A stretch of DNA of 64,000 nucleotides, taken from assembly GCA_037379345.1 (NCBI GenBank), contig CM074517.1, positions 15,376,001 to 15,440,000 of the forward strand, in the 5' to 3' direction. This DNA comes from Perna viridis. Taxonomy: Eukaryota. The position numbers and the translations under genes were made by a program. Positions within the stretch are counted from its first letter, which is position 1. Each line of letters opens with the position of its first letter. Of the stretch, positions 47,601-60,872 are shown piece after piece. The notes beneath the pieces were generated by a model, which was given only the letters and a program-made list of their open reading frames with translations, did no database searches and was not told the origin of the DNA.

Positions 47601-50600
47601 AACAAATTTATTAATGTTGTCAGACAAGTCGTTAAAAGAAACACCCTCAATAATATGGGATTAAACGAGTTTACGACATCATTAACTGAGGAAGGCCCAT
47701 AACTTTGATTTGACAATTAGATTTACTGCTTAGGCACGTGGGGATTCTTCTTATTCAGTTTTAAGAAGACTGGCAAATCTGATTGAAAACGAGCAATTGT
47801 TTTTTCTAAGCGCGGACGTCAATGAAAACACCATTATCATTTGTTATGGCGACAGAGACAATTAAAGTTTATCTTTGCAATTTGTGCTTTGCGTTCAGTT
47901 AAATGAAGACAAGTGAAATGGGCAACTGCAAGGTTTTACTGAATTAATAATAAATTATCTATAAGGTTATTTCATTAGATGGAATCGCAATGTCACATGA
48001 CCTCACTCGTATAACATAATATATTTTATTCTTATGGCGATAGTGTTTAAAGCTTAGTATTTTAGGTTAACATCGAACATACTAGTATCTCCTCATATAT
48101 TGCTTTCGCTTGCTCCTACGTGTTCCAGTGTACGTCTTCTTGGGTTATGAATTAAGATTATTTAATTCATAGCTTTATTTTTACTACTACGGTCGGCTGA
48201 CATTTTTCCCGTTTTTGTCTGTTTGTTACAATATATGCAATATCTACACTTCAGTGTATTGATTCTAATGAGAAAAATCTATCAAATACCCCGAAAAAAA
48301 TGCAACATGCTTTATCTAAGTAGACAATTGAAATTTTTGCAATCGGTTTGCATCAATGAAAATTTAACAAGCTGTGTAGACTTAAAAAACAAATTCTCTG
48401 TGTTCTGATCAAAGCAGATGTATGTTATATAAGATGCACTATTAGTGAAATTTTGAAATATTGTACATTTTGAGGTACATACATCGATTTGTGATGCGAA
48501 ATCTCGCCATGTTAAACGCAGAAATCGATACTGCTTTTTTTGCACAGCACGTGAAAAAGTTGGGACCAGATGGCGAAAATATGAATTTATAATATGCTTT
48601 ACAAAATGATATTTGTTGTCACAAACAAATTCGTAATCTGGCGTTGAACGTGAAATCGGTCGATTGGCTAAACATTCTTTTGTGGTTAATTGTGATTTAT
48701 TTTGTTGAATATATTGAAAGGTTATTAGTCATATCATATTGAAGGGTACGGCTTAATTCCATTTGTATTTATAGTTTTTCCATGTCGATGAATGTAATAG
48801 AAAGTTGGAAAAAAATGTACAAGACTTTAAAATGATTTATGACCGATTTACAATGTACACTGTAGCCTCCTCATATCTAAATTTCTTGAAATGAAAATTA
48901 AAGAAAAACATTTCTACCAGATTTTTACTACAACCCGGAACAAATTTTGAATAAATATAGACTTTACTTTGTGATAAATTGGACCAGTAGAGGCCAACAC
49001 TATTCGGAGGTCAATAACTTTGTAATTTACCAATATACATCAATGGCATATATCTGGATGAAATCTAATTTGAAATACATACAGTACATGTAAACTTAAT
49101 TTGGTACGTTCGAAAAGCATACAATGTACATTGTAAAAACACAATTCAAATGTGGACTGATTCATGCATTTCCCTCAAAGTCATATTTCATAAAAAAAAA
49201 CTTAGCAGCATATCTTCTCAATTAATAGACGTAGTTTCAGTCCGATACAGGTACAGGAAATGTCAATGAGAGCGGAAAGACGATTTAAGGGACAACTTGA
49301 ATCGTCACGTCATCGTTGAAGCTATTCTTAGGGATCCAAATGTCAAACAAACGTAATTTGTTATGTCCAATTTTTATTTATTTACAGCAGTTGTCATAAA
49401 ACACATTTATTAATGAATCGTTTCTGCCTCACAAATTTAACGTCATATCTAAAAGTTACAATGAACATGAATATTCAGATAAGATGCTTTTGCAAAATAG
49501 CCTGTAGTACGATGGTTTTCCTTGCCAATCTACAGAAACATACGACAGACGGTCCGGCAAGTAGCCGAAACAAGCCGAAACAAGTAAAGGTCCTTTCTGC
49601 ATGTTTATTTTTCATTGTGGCTTCGGAAAAAGGCTATTTTGTTTACTTTAAACCGATCAGCCAACTCTAGTTCATATGCTCGCAAACTATGCAATGTTTA
49701 TGTACCTTTTCTGTTGGCATGGTTTCATCAAGACAGCACAATATATTTAACAACCTTAGCGACCAATACGTAAACTTTGTAAGGCTTAACCGTCATGAAT
49801 AATTGGGGCGATTGGTTTATTTAAATAATTTCGCTGACTTAAAATAGCTTTATAATTATAGTTTTAATTGCAATTAATAATAACATTGTCATAAATAACT
49901 TTTACACTCTTCACACTTTGATGTGGTCACAGAAATGCTTCGCTACCAAATTGTCAGTCATGCTGACAGAACGTAAAAAACAAGCCTGTTTAAAATTCAA
50001 TGCGCTATCGTTTTAAAATTTGAGTGACAACTATAGAATTTCATATTTTCGTTTTCTAGATGAAAAGCAAACGTATCCTATTCAAACGGGCCTTCAAAAA
50101 AAAAACTCTCTTATGGTTCGGCCGTCAACAGCTGTCAAATCTTTATAATAATTTATTCTCCTGATGTTTACGATAAAAATCATTTTAATACTAAAATATT
50201 ATGGATCTTTTTCATAGCAAGGTGTCTACTTCTGTGCAAAAATTTTCTTTGATGTTTATGATATGCTGTTTGTTTATACATTGGCTACAGATGGTTCGTA
50301 ATAAAATTATTCGGATCACAGTTACGATAGGGCACAGATTAGAACTATTTTATATGTTTATTTATTATACTTTAAAACTTATATCGTAGATAATATAGAT
50401 ATAAATCATCTCAATTGGAATTCTTAAATTCAACACGAAGAACTTACCGATCTGTCCATAGCTGAATTGTGTAATAGCTTTAAATTTATAATCGTTTGGC
50501 TGTGTAAATATTGAGCTAATGTCGCATCGAGGATAGATTTGAATTACATCTGTTCGTCCGAATTCTGTAAATTTTAGTTCACTTGCTTATCAATTATATA

Positions 50601-51564
50601 ATTGTACATACAGTTACATAATATAAATGTATTTAGACATTTTCACTCTTAATGTAGTTGCGCTTCTTGATTGTGCATTTCTATTTTAGTAATATGACTT
50701 ACCAAAAGATTTTTTGTCTTATTAAGTTGGTTACTTTCCTTTTTGTTTCTTATTTATTGTCCTGTATAACAACTACACGTACAAGTCATAATAAGATATT
50801 TATTCATTTTTTTTGTTTAGATTCAAAAATTTTTCATTTGTTAAAAATCGTAAGCCCACCCACCCGTAATTAGGACAAACAAAATAACCAAGTATGCGTG
50901 TATGTTGCTATTTTGTAGTGTCAATTTCAGCAATAAAATTGCGTGACTATATACCATATATATATCCTCAGAACCTTATTGTTTGAGAGAGGAATTTTGA
51001 TTGGACATTAAGCGTTGATCATGTTAACGTTCTCGCGTTGTAATATTTATAGCGCACGCAAATGGCATGTAGGGTATTGTTAAGCCTTGATCCTAACAGT
51101 GAATAATGAAAACTTATATACAGATCTCACATAGTAACACTGAAACCAAATTTCTATTTTCATTTTCACAGCATTGACTACTTTGTTTACATACATATTG
51201 TAACATTTATTTATTGCTTGAAATTGCAAATTTGCCAATACAAAGTAAAAAAAACCACTAAGTTATAAGTGTGCCAGTGTAATTTCCCATGTTGACTCTG
51301 GTCGGGTACATTTATATTCGTATGCCAAAACGAATTTTTTCAGACTGAAGGAACAAAGTTCTGCTACACAAAGGATGGCATATCAAACCGAATAAAGTTT
51401 TTCATGGACATTCCCATTACTTGACTTTATATTAAACTCTGGCTGTCAATTTGGGTTTCAACTACTCCAAGGCAAATTCACGAAAACCACTATGTATATG
51501 ATCAGACTGCAATTCGAACGGTAGTGTTTATATTTGCACATGTTTTGGTTGTATATAGATCGTC

Positions 51565-51717
51565 TCTTATTTCCAGTTTTCACGTTGGCCATGTCTGTGG
51601 ATTCTGAAGTTTCTGTCTTGTTTCCAGTTTTCACGTTGGCCGTGTCTATGGATTCTGAAGTTTCTGTCTTGTTTCCAGTTTTCACGGTGGCCAAGTCTAT
51701 GGATTCTGAAGTTTCTG
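51565..51717. repeat. 51-bp tandem repeat x3
   Basis: Unit tcttgtttccagttttcacgttggccgtgtctatggattctgaagtttctg with few substitutions; 153 bp = 3 x 51. Confidence 0.95.
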
Positions 51718-51955
51718 ACTCGTCCTTCTCTTTTGATGCTTTGGACTTTTGTGTCGGAATATGAAATTGTAGAGTTCGCTAACTGTTTAGTTTAAATCTA
51801 TATTTAAAGGGGGTGTACTTTTTATTTATGTAAAATTGATACACATAACTTTACAATACACTACTCGTTTAATGTCAGTTGTGTCACTTTGTTATACATG
51901 ACTTTTGTTTATCTAGAAGCTCGATTTTACGTGTTTGCTGTCTTCTCGGTTCGTA

Positions 51956-52270
51956 TTATACCCCTGCAACCCAGATTATAGATTATATAGGAACCACCTT
52001 GTCTGTCTGCCTGTCCGTGCGTCCGTTTGCCTCTCACATTTTAGTACATGCAGCTCTCTCTTAACTTCTTAAGGTATTTTGATGACATTTCAGAAGCTTT
52101 GGTTTCATATGTAAATATGCATGATAGAAAAGAATCATTTTCGGAGTCCAGAGAAAATATTTCATGAAGGTTTTATGTTATTATCCGGCAAGGGCAACTC
52201 TTTCTAAACCATCATAGAAATTTTGATGGAATTTCAAAGAAATTAAGGTTCGACATGATATGTAGATGTG
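51956..52270 (+). mobile_element. Helentron-associated non-autonomous element (HINE/DINE-1/pearl-like)
   Basis: Begins TTATACCCC, then a GTCY-type microsatellite (tgtctgtctgcctgtccgtgcgtccgt), then degenerate core repeats (ctctctcttaac...ttttgatg / ctctttctaaac...ttttgatg). Confidence 0.65.
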
Positions 52271-53867
52271 TATTTTGTTCGTGGACATCAAAGGGAGAAG
52301 ATCTGACTTAAAGGTTAAACATTTAGTTTTTAATCCTTTCATTTGAACGGAATATTTTTTCTGAGCTTTTCTTGTTTTATTTGGCTTTCAATAGACAATA
52401 GATATTCTATAAAACACTCATTAAGCATGTAACAAAATAGTACAACCCTCTAGTTACAGCTGCTTGGAAGTGTAGCAGAAAATATGTTGTACTGCTCTGT
52501 CGTTTTTTTTCATTATATATAGTCTTTATTTTAATGACAATGCACTTCGCTGTTTTATGTCTAGAAATAAGTGACTTGCTGAAGTCCAGATTTCAGCTGT
52601 AATCATGATGAGTCTGTCCCAATGTTAACATTTACCCAACCATAACATTGGAAATTTTAATTTTGAAAATGGGAATTGCATGGTATTTTTTTATATTTTC
52701 ATTCTGCTATCTTTGATTTAACTTTACTGTGTCTCGTGGACTCTTTACATTTTCAAACTTGCGTAGTACAATATGGTTCAACGCAAACTAGAGGACAGAT
52801 TTAGAAGTAGCTTTGCAAATTTAATATGTTGATCAAAATGCGTACATAGTCATTTTAAAACAATTGTTTGACATCTCCATCAAATAGAAACGAAGTTTGA
52901 TATCAAAGTCCTGTCACGAATCTTAAGCTAAAGGTAAAATCACGCAATCAGCGATTCCTTGTGCTTCAAATCATAGAGAAAAATTCATCAGAAGAATCAA
53001 TACTCTGATAAATTGCCGGATCTGGTTGCATTTTAGCTTGTCAAGCAATGTACAAAGCAGCAAAAAAACTCTTATTATGCAATTATTCTTTTCGTACCAC
53101 TAATTTATTGACATCATATTCAGCCCGGGATTGCTTTTTATTCAGTGCGGGATTGAAGTTGGTATTATCCAATCGAGCTTCCATGCCTTTGTACCTTACA
53201 GTTCCATAATTAGCCTAATCAATAGGACATTATCAGAAAGTGTAAATAATATCCAGGTTAATTTAGGATTTCCTTTGAAGGCATTTCACTTGCCTTTCTA
53301 GTATGTCAGACACGAGTGGTGATAGGAGAAAATGTTCATTAGAACAATTACCATTTTTATCTATGATGTCTCCAAAGCCATTCATGATGATATGAAAAAT
53401 CTGAATCCTTTCACGTCGTATTTGTATCAGTATTATAAAAGAAATTGAATGAAATTTTCTTTTAATTCCTCGAATATGCACTTTTATCTAAATTTCTAAA
53501 CACTGAAATCGATTTTCAGGATTGAAGCATTGACGGTGTACTTTATTTGTATTGGTAGCAGATTTTCATATATTAGATTTGATTTTAGTTTCTTATTCAT
53601 AACAATTTTTCATACAGCAACTCACAGAAAGTATTCATTGTTACTTGCTAGATAAAGAAAATAACAATCGCCAAGAAACGAAAAAACTAGAAGACAACCT
53701 CTATAATTTGATTTCAATGAAACCCTTGTTTTCTACATTGACTAAAATATATTATTGTATCAACTCAAATTTAATAAAGTAATCATTCCTATACTTTTAT
53801 TTTAACGTACTGCTCATGCATTATGACATGCCATAACATTATATTTTATCTAAGAAAAAACAAATGC

Positions 53868-54058
53868 TTCACGTGAAATTCACGTGATATCTACGTAATG
53901 TTCATGTGAAATTCAATCAAGATGAATTTCATGTGAAGATTTCACATGAAATTCTCATGAAGGATCCGATTCCACACGAATTTCATGTAAAATTTGCCAC
54001 ACATTTCATTTGTTTAATTCGGTTAAGTTCACGTGAAATGCATGTGAAATCGTGAAAT
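53868..54058. repeat. Array of degenerate palindromic TTCACGTGAA/TTCACATGAA units
   Basis: About ten variants: ttcacgtgaa, ttcacgtgat, ttcatgtgaa x2, ttcacatgaa, ttctcatgaa, ttcatgtaaa, ttcacgtgaa, tgcatgtgaa. Confidence 0.8.
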
Positions 54059-55388
54059 AAAGATCATTTGAAATAATTTTGCCCGTTTGGAATAGTGTGT
54101 TCCACATATATGTAGAAAATTGTCCGATAATATTTTTTGACACAAAATATTTTTTTTCGAAAAACAATATTGTTTATATCATTGTCTGCAACACGTTTTA
54201 GTTAACGTACATTTCAGTCTTCTTAAAAAAAACAATACGAAATCATCTTTATTAGTTTTGAATTGAATCGTCTACCGTTTGTTATGCATGCACTGTTACC
54301 CTCCGAATGCATATTTTTGTTCTACCCCCTCGAGAAATAATAGTACATTCGTGAATAAATGTTAGATAATTAACAGGGAAGACTGTTGTATGAAAGTGAA
54401 AAAAGCGCTTTATTTAAAATGACTCGTTTATAGTATTGATACAAATTAATTATTTTTGATAACTAAACCATCATCCGTTTCTATAATTGTAAATAAATAA
54501 AGTTCAATGACTTCGGAAGATGCCCCGAAGAAAAATGGATCTTGCACACATTTTTTAGATCAATGATATGGCAACCTTTACACTTTCCCAGATTGTATCA
54601 GCTCAAATTTGCATAAAAATATCACATAAACCTTTTAACCCAATTCACTCTACCGTGCTAAACTTCTACATTGATTAAGCTACAACAAAAGTGCTCGAAA
54701 CCTCTTACACCAAACGTTGTTATGTATAATTTCATCAGTTTTCCACCTTATCAATGAATTATTTCTGTCCCGCACGGAATGGAGATATGCCGAATCGCAC
54801 TAAAATCTCCTGATCTCGTGGTGACGAGGGTTACTTTAGTAGAAATCAATTCTTCGGAAAACTGTTTTTGCTGATATCTCGACATTTGTGTATTGCATGT
54901 TTCAAAGAGAGATGTATGCGTAAAGATACAACTTATATTTCAGTGGTACACCATATGTTTTGTTCCATTGGCCCTTTTGGTGTTATATTTCATTTCTTTG
55001 AGTATTACAGACCCTTGCAGTGATAGGAACATTAAAAAAACAAAGATGTTGCTTTTTTTTTACAACACGTTAATGTATGATAAATCCGTGTATATTTACT
55101 GAAAACGAATTTAAATAGAACTTGCAAATGAGAAGTATATGTGTATTATGTTTAATTTCAAAATAGAACATTTGCAAACTTTTAACGTGGAGTAAATTAA
55201 TAATTTAGCAATTAAAATTTACTCGTGTTTTCGTGAAATATCGTGGGGAAAGAAATGTTTCAGCAAAAGACAATTCTGTGACTGCCGTTTTAAGAAATAA
55301 AATGGTTGAGTTGTAGAATGGTGAACCAATAACGGTTTCTAATATGCCTATAGTATGCAAAGCTACATAATTTTTTTTTCATTTTCAG

Positions 55389-57166
55389 ACTTCATGACAC
55401 CTGTTTCCATGGGAACAGGAAACACGTCTGTTGCTACGGGTGGGTCTGGAAACGGAAATGCCGGTGGAACACGACGTCTGCGTACAGCATACACAAACAC
55501 ACAGTTGTTAGAGTTAGAAAAAGAATTTCATTTCAACAAGTATCTTTGTCGACCAAGGCGAATAGAAATAGCAGCATCGTTAGATCTCACGGAAAGGCAG
55601 GTCAAAGTGTGGTTTCAGAATAGGCGAATGAAATACAAGAGGCAGTCACAATCTCAAAGACCTAAGTCAGATTCGGATGATGGTTTTCAATTAGAATGTA
55701 GCCTAGAAAGTCCAGCATCATCAGAAGAAAGTTGTGAAAGAATGGATAATAGCGAAACAAAACACGAAATGAATGGGGAGACTTCAAACATTTTATCAAA
55801 GAAGCAGAATACAAAAACAATTGTGGATGGGCAAACTACTGACACGCCTATTGATGATGAGCAAAGCAGACTTTCTCAAAACAAAAATAACATTCTCGAT
55901 CTAACGAAAATAGATAAAACTGGCATCTCGCATGACATGGCGAAAGAGAACGCTGCTAATGATGTGGAGAAATGCACAGATGTCGTGGATTCACAAGAAA
56001 TTCCTGAATGCAATACCAATCAGGAATTATTACGCTTGGAAAATAAACAAAGTATAGAAAACCAATCGCCTCTACAAACATTTGTTAGTAACGTTAGCCA
56101 GATGAATTCGAAAGCATCATCGGCTGATAGTTTGTCGTTAAACGATGTGCCGTCCGTCCCCGATATACCAGACATCGCAAGTTCGCCCAGAGATAATAAT
56201 AACACTATACAAACCGACTTCAAAACAGAAAAGGTTGAATCTGATCCGGTCTCATTTTTCTCATCTCCCCCGTCTTCATCTTCAACGTCTGCAATTACTG
56301 CCTCAACTAGTCCTACATTATCAACCGGAAGTACCCAAGAATTTACTTCTGGTGATTTTGAAGTTATGAAAGCGGCGTCTGAAATCGTCAGTCCAAAAGT
56401 GAAGTCAAATGAGTATCATAGTAAATATAGACAAAATCCAATGTATTCTGGTCAGAACGGTTACAATTATTCTAATGTAAAAATGTCTAATGGCCAGCAA
56501 AATGATATTTGGCGAAACACTAATGGTCTCTACCATTCTGAATTGTATCAAAACCGATCTCAACCATTTAACTATGGTAGACAAACATCTGACTACCACG
56601 CCGGTCAGTACAGCCCAAGTCAAAATGGTGCTCGGAACTTGAACTCTTGGAATTTTTACAACGCAAATGGTTATAATGGTGATAACTACCAGAATTCGCC
56701 CCAGTTCAGGACATTTTATCAACAGCAGCGAATGGACTTAACAATGGACTCCGATAGTGTTGCTGCTGCCAATTTTTCAAGATACGGTTTTAGCAACTCC
56801 TCAGAGGCAATTAACAACCAATCAACAGACAGGAGATTCAATTCGCCTTATATGGGGAAATCGTCTGTTTATCCCCAGCAGACGACACGAATAGACCAAC
56901 ATCCATCAAATTCCATTTACGGTGGCAATTACATGGACAGTTATTCACCCGGTGTCAATACGGTAATGAACTCATCAGTATGCCACAGACCGCTCGCTAA
57001 CAATACATCCATCCGGAGCATATCTAGCCCGAGTAATAAAGATGGAGAATTAATGCCAGAACAATATAATGGCGGATCTCCCTATAACGAAGTCTCGTCT
57101 TCTGATTTTACAACCATATTTAGTGAGTATTTCAATACCCAGCTCCCGGAGTATCAAGCAATCTGA
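55389..57166 (+). CDS. Hox2: Hox2/proboscipedia coding exon 2 (homeodomain and long C-terminus)
   Basis: [58 protein letters not shown] is a PG2/pb homeodomain. The C-terminal DF...F...PEYQ resembles the protostome pb tail. Stop TGA at 57164-57166. Confidence 0.97.
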
Positions 57167-60125
57167 GCCATAAGATGCCCATTAAAGAGGATCAGATAAT
57201 ATTTACTGTCCGTTGCCAATTGTAAAGGCACAAGAAACTTAATCATAACAGGGCTATATCAGAGTTTTATATCATTGATTGTAACTTTTGTTGTGCTTTT
57301 TATTGGCTGATGGATGTAAACGGGTAAATAAGGGGACAATAAAATGTCTATGGAATTGTGATTTTTGTAGCACAAGATGAGAAAGCAAAGTGCCAGTTAT
57401 TGTTCATTTTTGTATATTTTCTGCTCAGTTTTTGTTACTTTGAACCTTGTTAGTGATGAGTGGGTAAAGAGTTAAGATATTTTTAAAAAAAAATTGTTGT
57501 TAATTTATATCCGAGTCTGTGAAAGTGTTTCAAGAAATATTTCTTTTGAATTATTTATCTTCCTTCATTTCTGGTAACCATAAAATTGCCAGTTGCTTTG
57601 AAATTATCTTTTGGAAAAAAAGAAGAAAAATTGAAAAAAAAAATAATTAAAGAATACTTTCGATAAAGACCTTATAAAGTTTATTTTTCATTAGGCTCAG
57701 TTGGTATTTCCGTGGGGTTGTTGCAACTCTTTCCTGTAAAAATGGTTTAAAACTGTGAGAATTTTACGGGCAGTTGTAGCATTAAGTACCAACCGAATCT
57801 GTTCAGAAAGGATCTATTTGATGAACAAGTTTGATTTGTTTCATATATGAATGGGTTTTGTTATATATTGATTTGATTTGGACAAAAATATAATTGTGTT
57901 GAAGAACTTGATTGAATAATTTCTTTCATATTACTGCATGCTTTTTAAAGAGTACTTGAACAATAAGGAACTAGATTAAAGTATAGTAAATTTTACGAAT
58001 TATTTCGCAAATGGAAAGTTTATGACTTATATGCTTGATGTTATTTAAAAATATGTATTCGTGTTTTTTTTCTGCTATTTTTATTCACTTTATTTTCCGC
58101 ACATACATTACAACTAAATTCCTTCTGTTATAGTTGAAATTGGTAAAATAATTTATGTGTCTGTACATATTCTTCATTTTTTTCTAATTCGCATGAAGTA
58201 CAAACATTAGTATAACTTCAAAATATATTTTCCAGTACTGTTGTTAAACCCGTGTCCATAATTTGATTCATTTTAGGCGGATTTTTGACGGCTACAAGCT
58301 GTTGTAAAACCGAGTGCTGTTATATGTTAAAACATGTATTAAATCCATCATTTTAGCAGCTCTTGATTTTTTTAAGATTGAACGTCATTTATTCTCGTGT
58401 TAACTTTAAAAAAATTTCTTAGGTTTGTAATACTGTTTTTTTTTCACCGGAAAACTATATGCTAGTATGTTCCAATTGTGTTGCCAGCCAGAGATCGCAC
58501 TGAGTTCCATCAGGAATTGTATTTAGTTCTGTCTTTATTTAAATTTGTTAATGCAGATTGAAGTCTTTTATTCGTTTTTTAGGTTGAAAAGTCGCTGCAT
58601 AGATATTCTGGCTTTACAAGTTGTCTTGAAATAAAAAGTTATGATATAAAAAATTGAAAAAAAGGCTATTCATGAGAAAAAAGCAGATTTCCCTTAGTAA
58701 TGTATATTTTTATACCTATTTGTAGAACACGTACTAAACCGAATTAAACATTTTACTAAATTAAATCGCGATTTTTCTTCATCCCATTGCAACTTTTATT
58801 GGCTTCTTTTAGCTCTATTCAAATTTATGTACAAAACGATTGTAATTGTCAATATTTATTTTCAATAAGACTTTATTGCTTTTAAATTTACGGAACTAAT
58901 TGAAAAATGCCATAATTTCTGTTGTTGACCACCCGACTTATACTGTATTGTTTATGTGTGTCAAATTTCTTTTAATTGTTCTGTTTGTTATTTGAAGCAA
59001 CGATTTTTTTCTGAAGTACCAGTCTCTAGTGGTTTACATTAGCCACGCAGTCAGTATCTAATTTCAAAAGGATTTTATATATCACTTTAAGCAAGAACTT
59101 CCCAAAAGAATAGGGGGTTTTGTTCATTCAACAATGCTTGCATGTGACAGTCAGGAGCGATTAGTTAAATTGTAAGTTAAATTTTAATTTCTGACAGGGT
59201 TTTCTTTAGAAAATTGTTGAAGGGCGTGTCGGGGGATAAACGTAAACTTGATAATATGTCATTACGATGTTAGAGTGACACGGAGAAGACACTCTTAATG
59301 TGTCACTTCATAGTAAAGAATCGTATTCGGTCATGGCTTCGAACAATATTACGATGTTTTCCGGTGCACTTGCGCACATGATCAGATGCATTACGAAATA
59401 TTGTTTGAATTTTAAGTTTGCCATTTCAGATTTGGAAGATAAATGACATGGCAGATTTACTGTTTTGTGCGAGTCCAATAGGTGCAAGTGTTAGGATAAT
59501 ATTTCCTCTTTTGAGGTATAAAAATGTTTCCTTTTAGAGCACGAAGAGAATCCAGTATTTGACATCAGTGTATTTTTCAATTTTTGAGTTGTTGTAGATT
59601 ATATTCAAAGTTCAGTAAAACTAGAGCAATTTTGTAGTAAGTATACTGAGTTGATAAAAAATGATAATTTGGAATTCTCTTTTGAATGACTTGTTTTAAA
59701 TTTGAATTAAGGTAAAGTATTAGAAACATTTGGCTTCTAACTGTACGTTGGTGTGATATCTTGGCTATCAAAAAATGTTAGATCTGAGAAATGAAAGGGC
59801 GTATAGTACGTGTCTGGAGAAAACAATAGAGTGGATTGAGTTAGTCAAACCATTATGTACTATTTTAAAAACAAATTCTTTGAAAGTACTAGTTGTAATG
59901 TTTTAGACTTTGCAAGTTGATATTGTGTCTTGTTTTTTTTTTGTCTGTAGATTTGTGGTTGAATCCTTTGTTAAGTATACAGTGGTTTATGTAACTTATC
60001 GGCGAGAACGTGTGAAATTTATGCAAGATTATACATGTTATTTGTGCATGTGAAAAATTATGAAAGTTGTAATTTTGACTTTTATTTTTTGTTTTGGAAT
60101 AAATTAATAATAATTAAATGTAAAT
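57167..60125 (+). other. Hox2: Putative long Hox2 3' UTR
   Basis: Strongly T/G-skewed stretch after the stop codon. AATAAA occurs at 57338, about 58630 and 60098, the last followed by a GT-rich tract. The end point is inferred. Confidence 0.45.
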
Positions 60126-60664
60126 TTTGTTTTCGTTGTCAGATTGGAACATAAAACCTAAAGCACAAGGAAAATTTAGTATGATTTATTTTTGCAATTC
60201 TACAGTATTTGCCACACCAAAAATGTTTCTATTTTTGGGAATAATTTCACGAACAAATAAATCGCTAGATATAAGACAGGCGCCGAAGTTTTAGCAAAAG
60301 TCCTTCTTTGACGTGGTTTAAATAAAAACTATCGGTCTCGAATTCCTGCAAAAATAGCTTTAACCATAAGTAAAATACACGATTATGTTGTAAAATAGTT
60401 CGAGATGGTAGTTTGCTTTTAGACTTTAGTGTTTCCCTTTACTATAAGGTAAAAAAAATATTTGATTTACTTGGTGTTATAATGTTAGACAATGAAATGA
60501 ATATAGATGGTAGTTAAGCCTTTTTAGCGTTAAAAATTAAAGGAATTATGACTACAACATGCGTATGACATTGGTAAATAACTCTAGGAATAGTTGTTAT
60601 TTCGAGTTTAAAACCATACTTTAATGCAAAACTAACTGAACAAATTAGTAAATAGTTATTGCAT

Positions 60665-60816
60665 NNNNNNNNNNNNNNNNNNNNNNNNNNNNNNNNNNNN
60701 NNNNNNNNNNNNNNNNNNNNNNNNNNNNNNNNNNNNNNNNNNNNNNNNNNNNNNNNNNNNNNNNNNNNNNNNNNNNNNNNNNNNNNNNNNNNNNNNNNNN
60801 NNNNNNNNNNNNNNNN
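60665..60816. other. Assembly gap (152 N)
   Basis: Run of N. Confidence 1.
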
Positions 60817-60848
60817 TAAGCAACCATATACTTTTAAACCTTAGGTGT

Positions 60849-60872
60849 CACACACACACACACACACACACA
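60849..60872. repeat. (CA)n microsatellite
   Basis: About 12 CA units. Confidence 0.95.

Larger units (their letters stand above)
39935..55388 (+). other. Hox2: Hox2 intron (15454 bp)
   Basis: GT...ttttttttcattttcag. G+AC gives Asp and keeps the frame into the homeodomain exon. Intervening micro-exons cannot be excluded. Confidence 0.82.

Noticed and set aside
51565-51717. CRISPR-like array
   Set aside because: Head-to-tail repeats without spacers, in eukaryotic DNA, with no cas genes.
55355-55388. ORF-track start [11 protein letters not shown] for Hox2
   Set aside because: Intronic acceptor tract; the real N-terminus is in exon 39640-39934.
56020-56722. Antisense and alternative-frame ORFs within Hox2 exon 2
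   Set aside because: Shadow ORFs of the real CDS.
60645-60844. ORFs spanning the N run
   Set aside because: Artefacts of the assembly gap.
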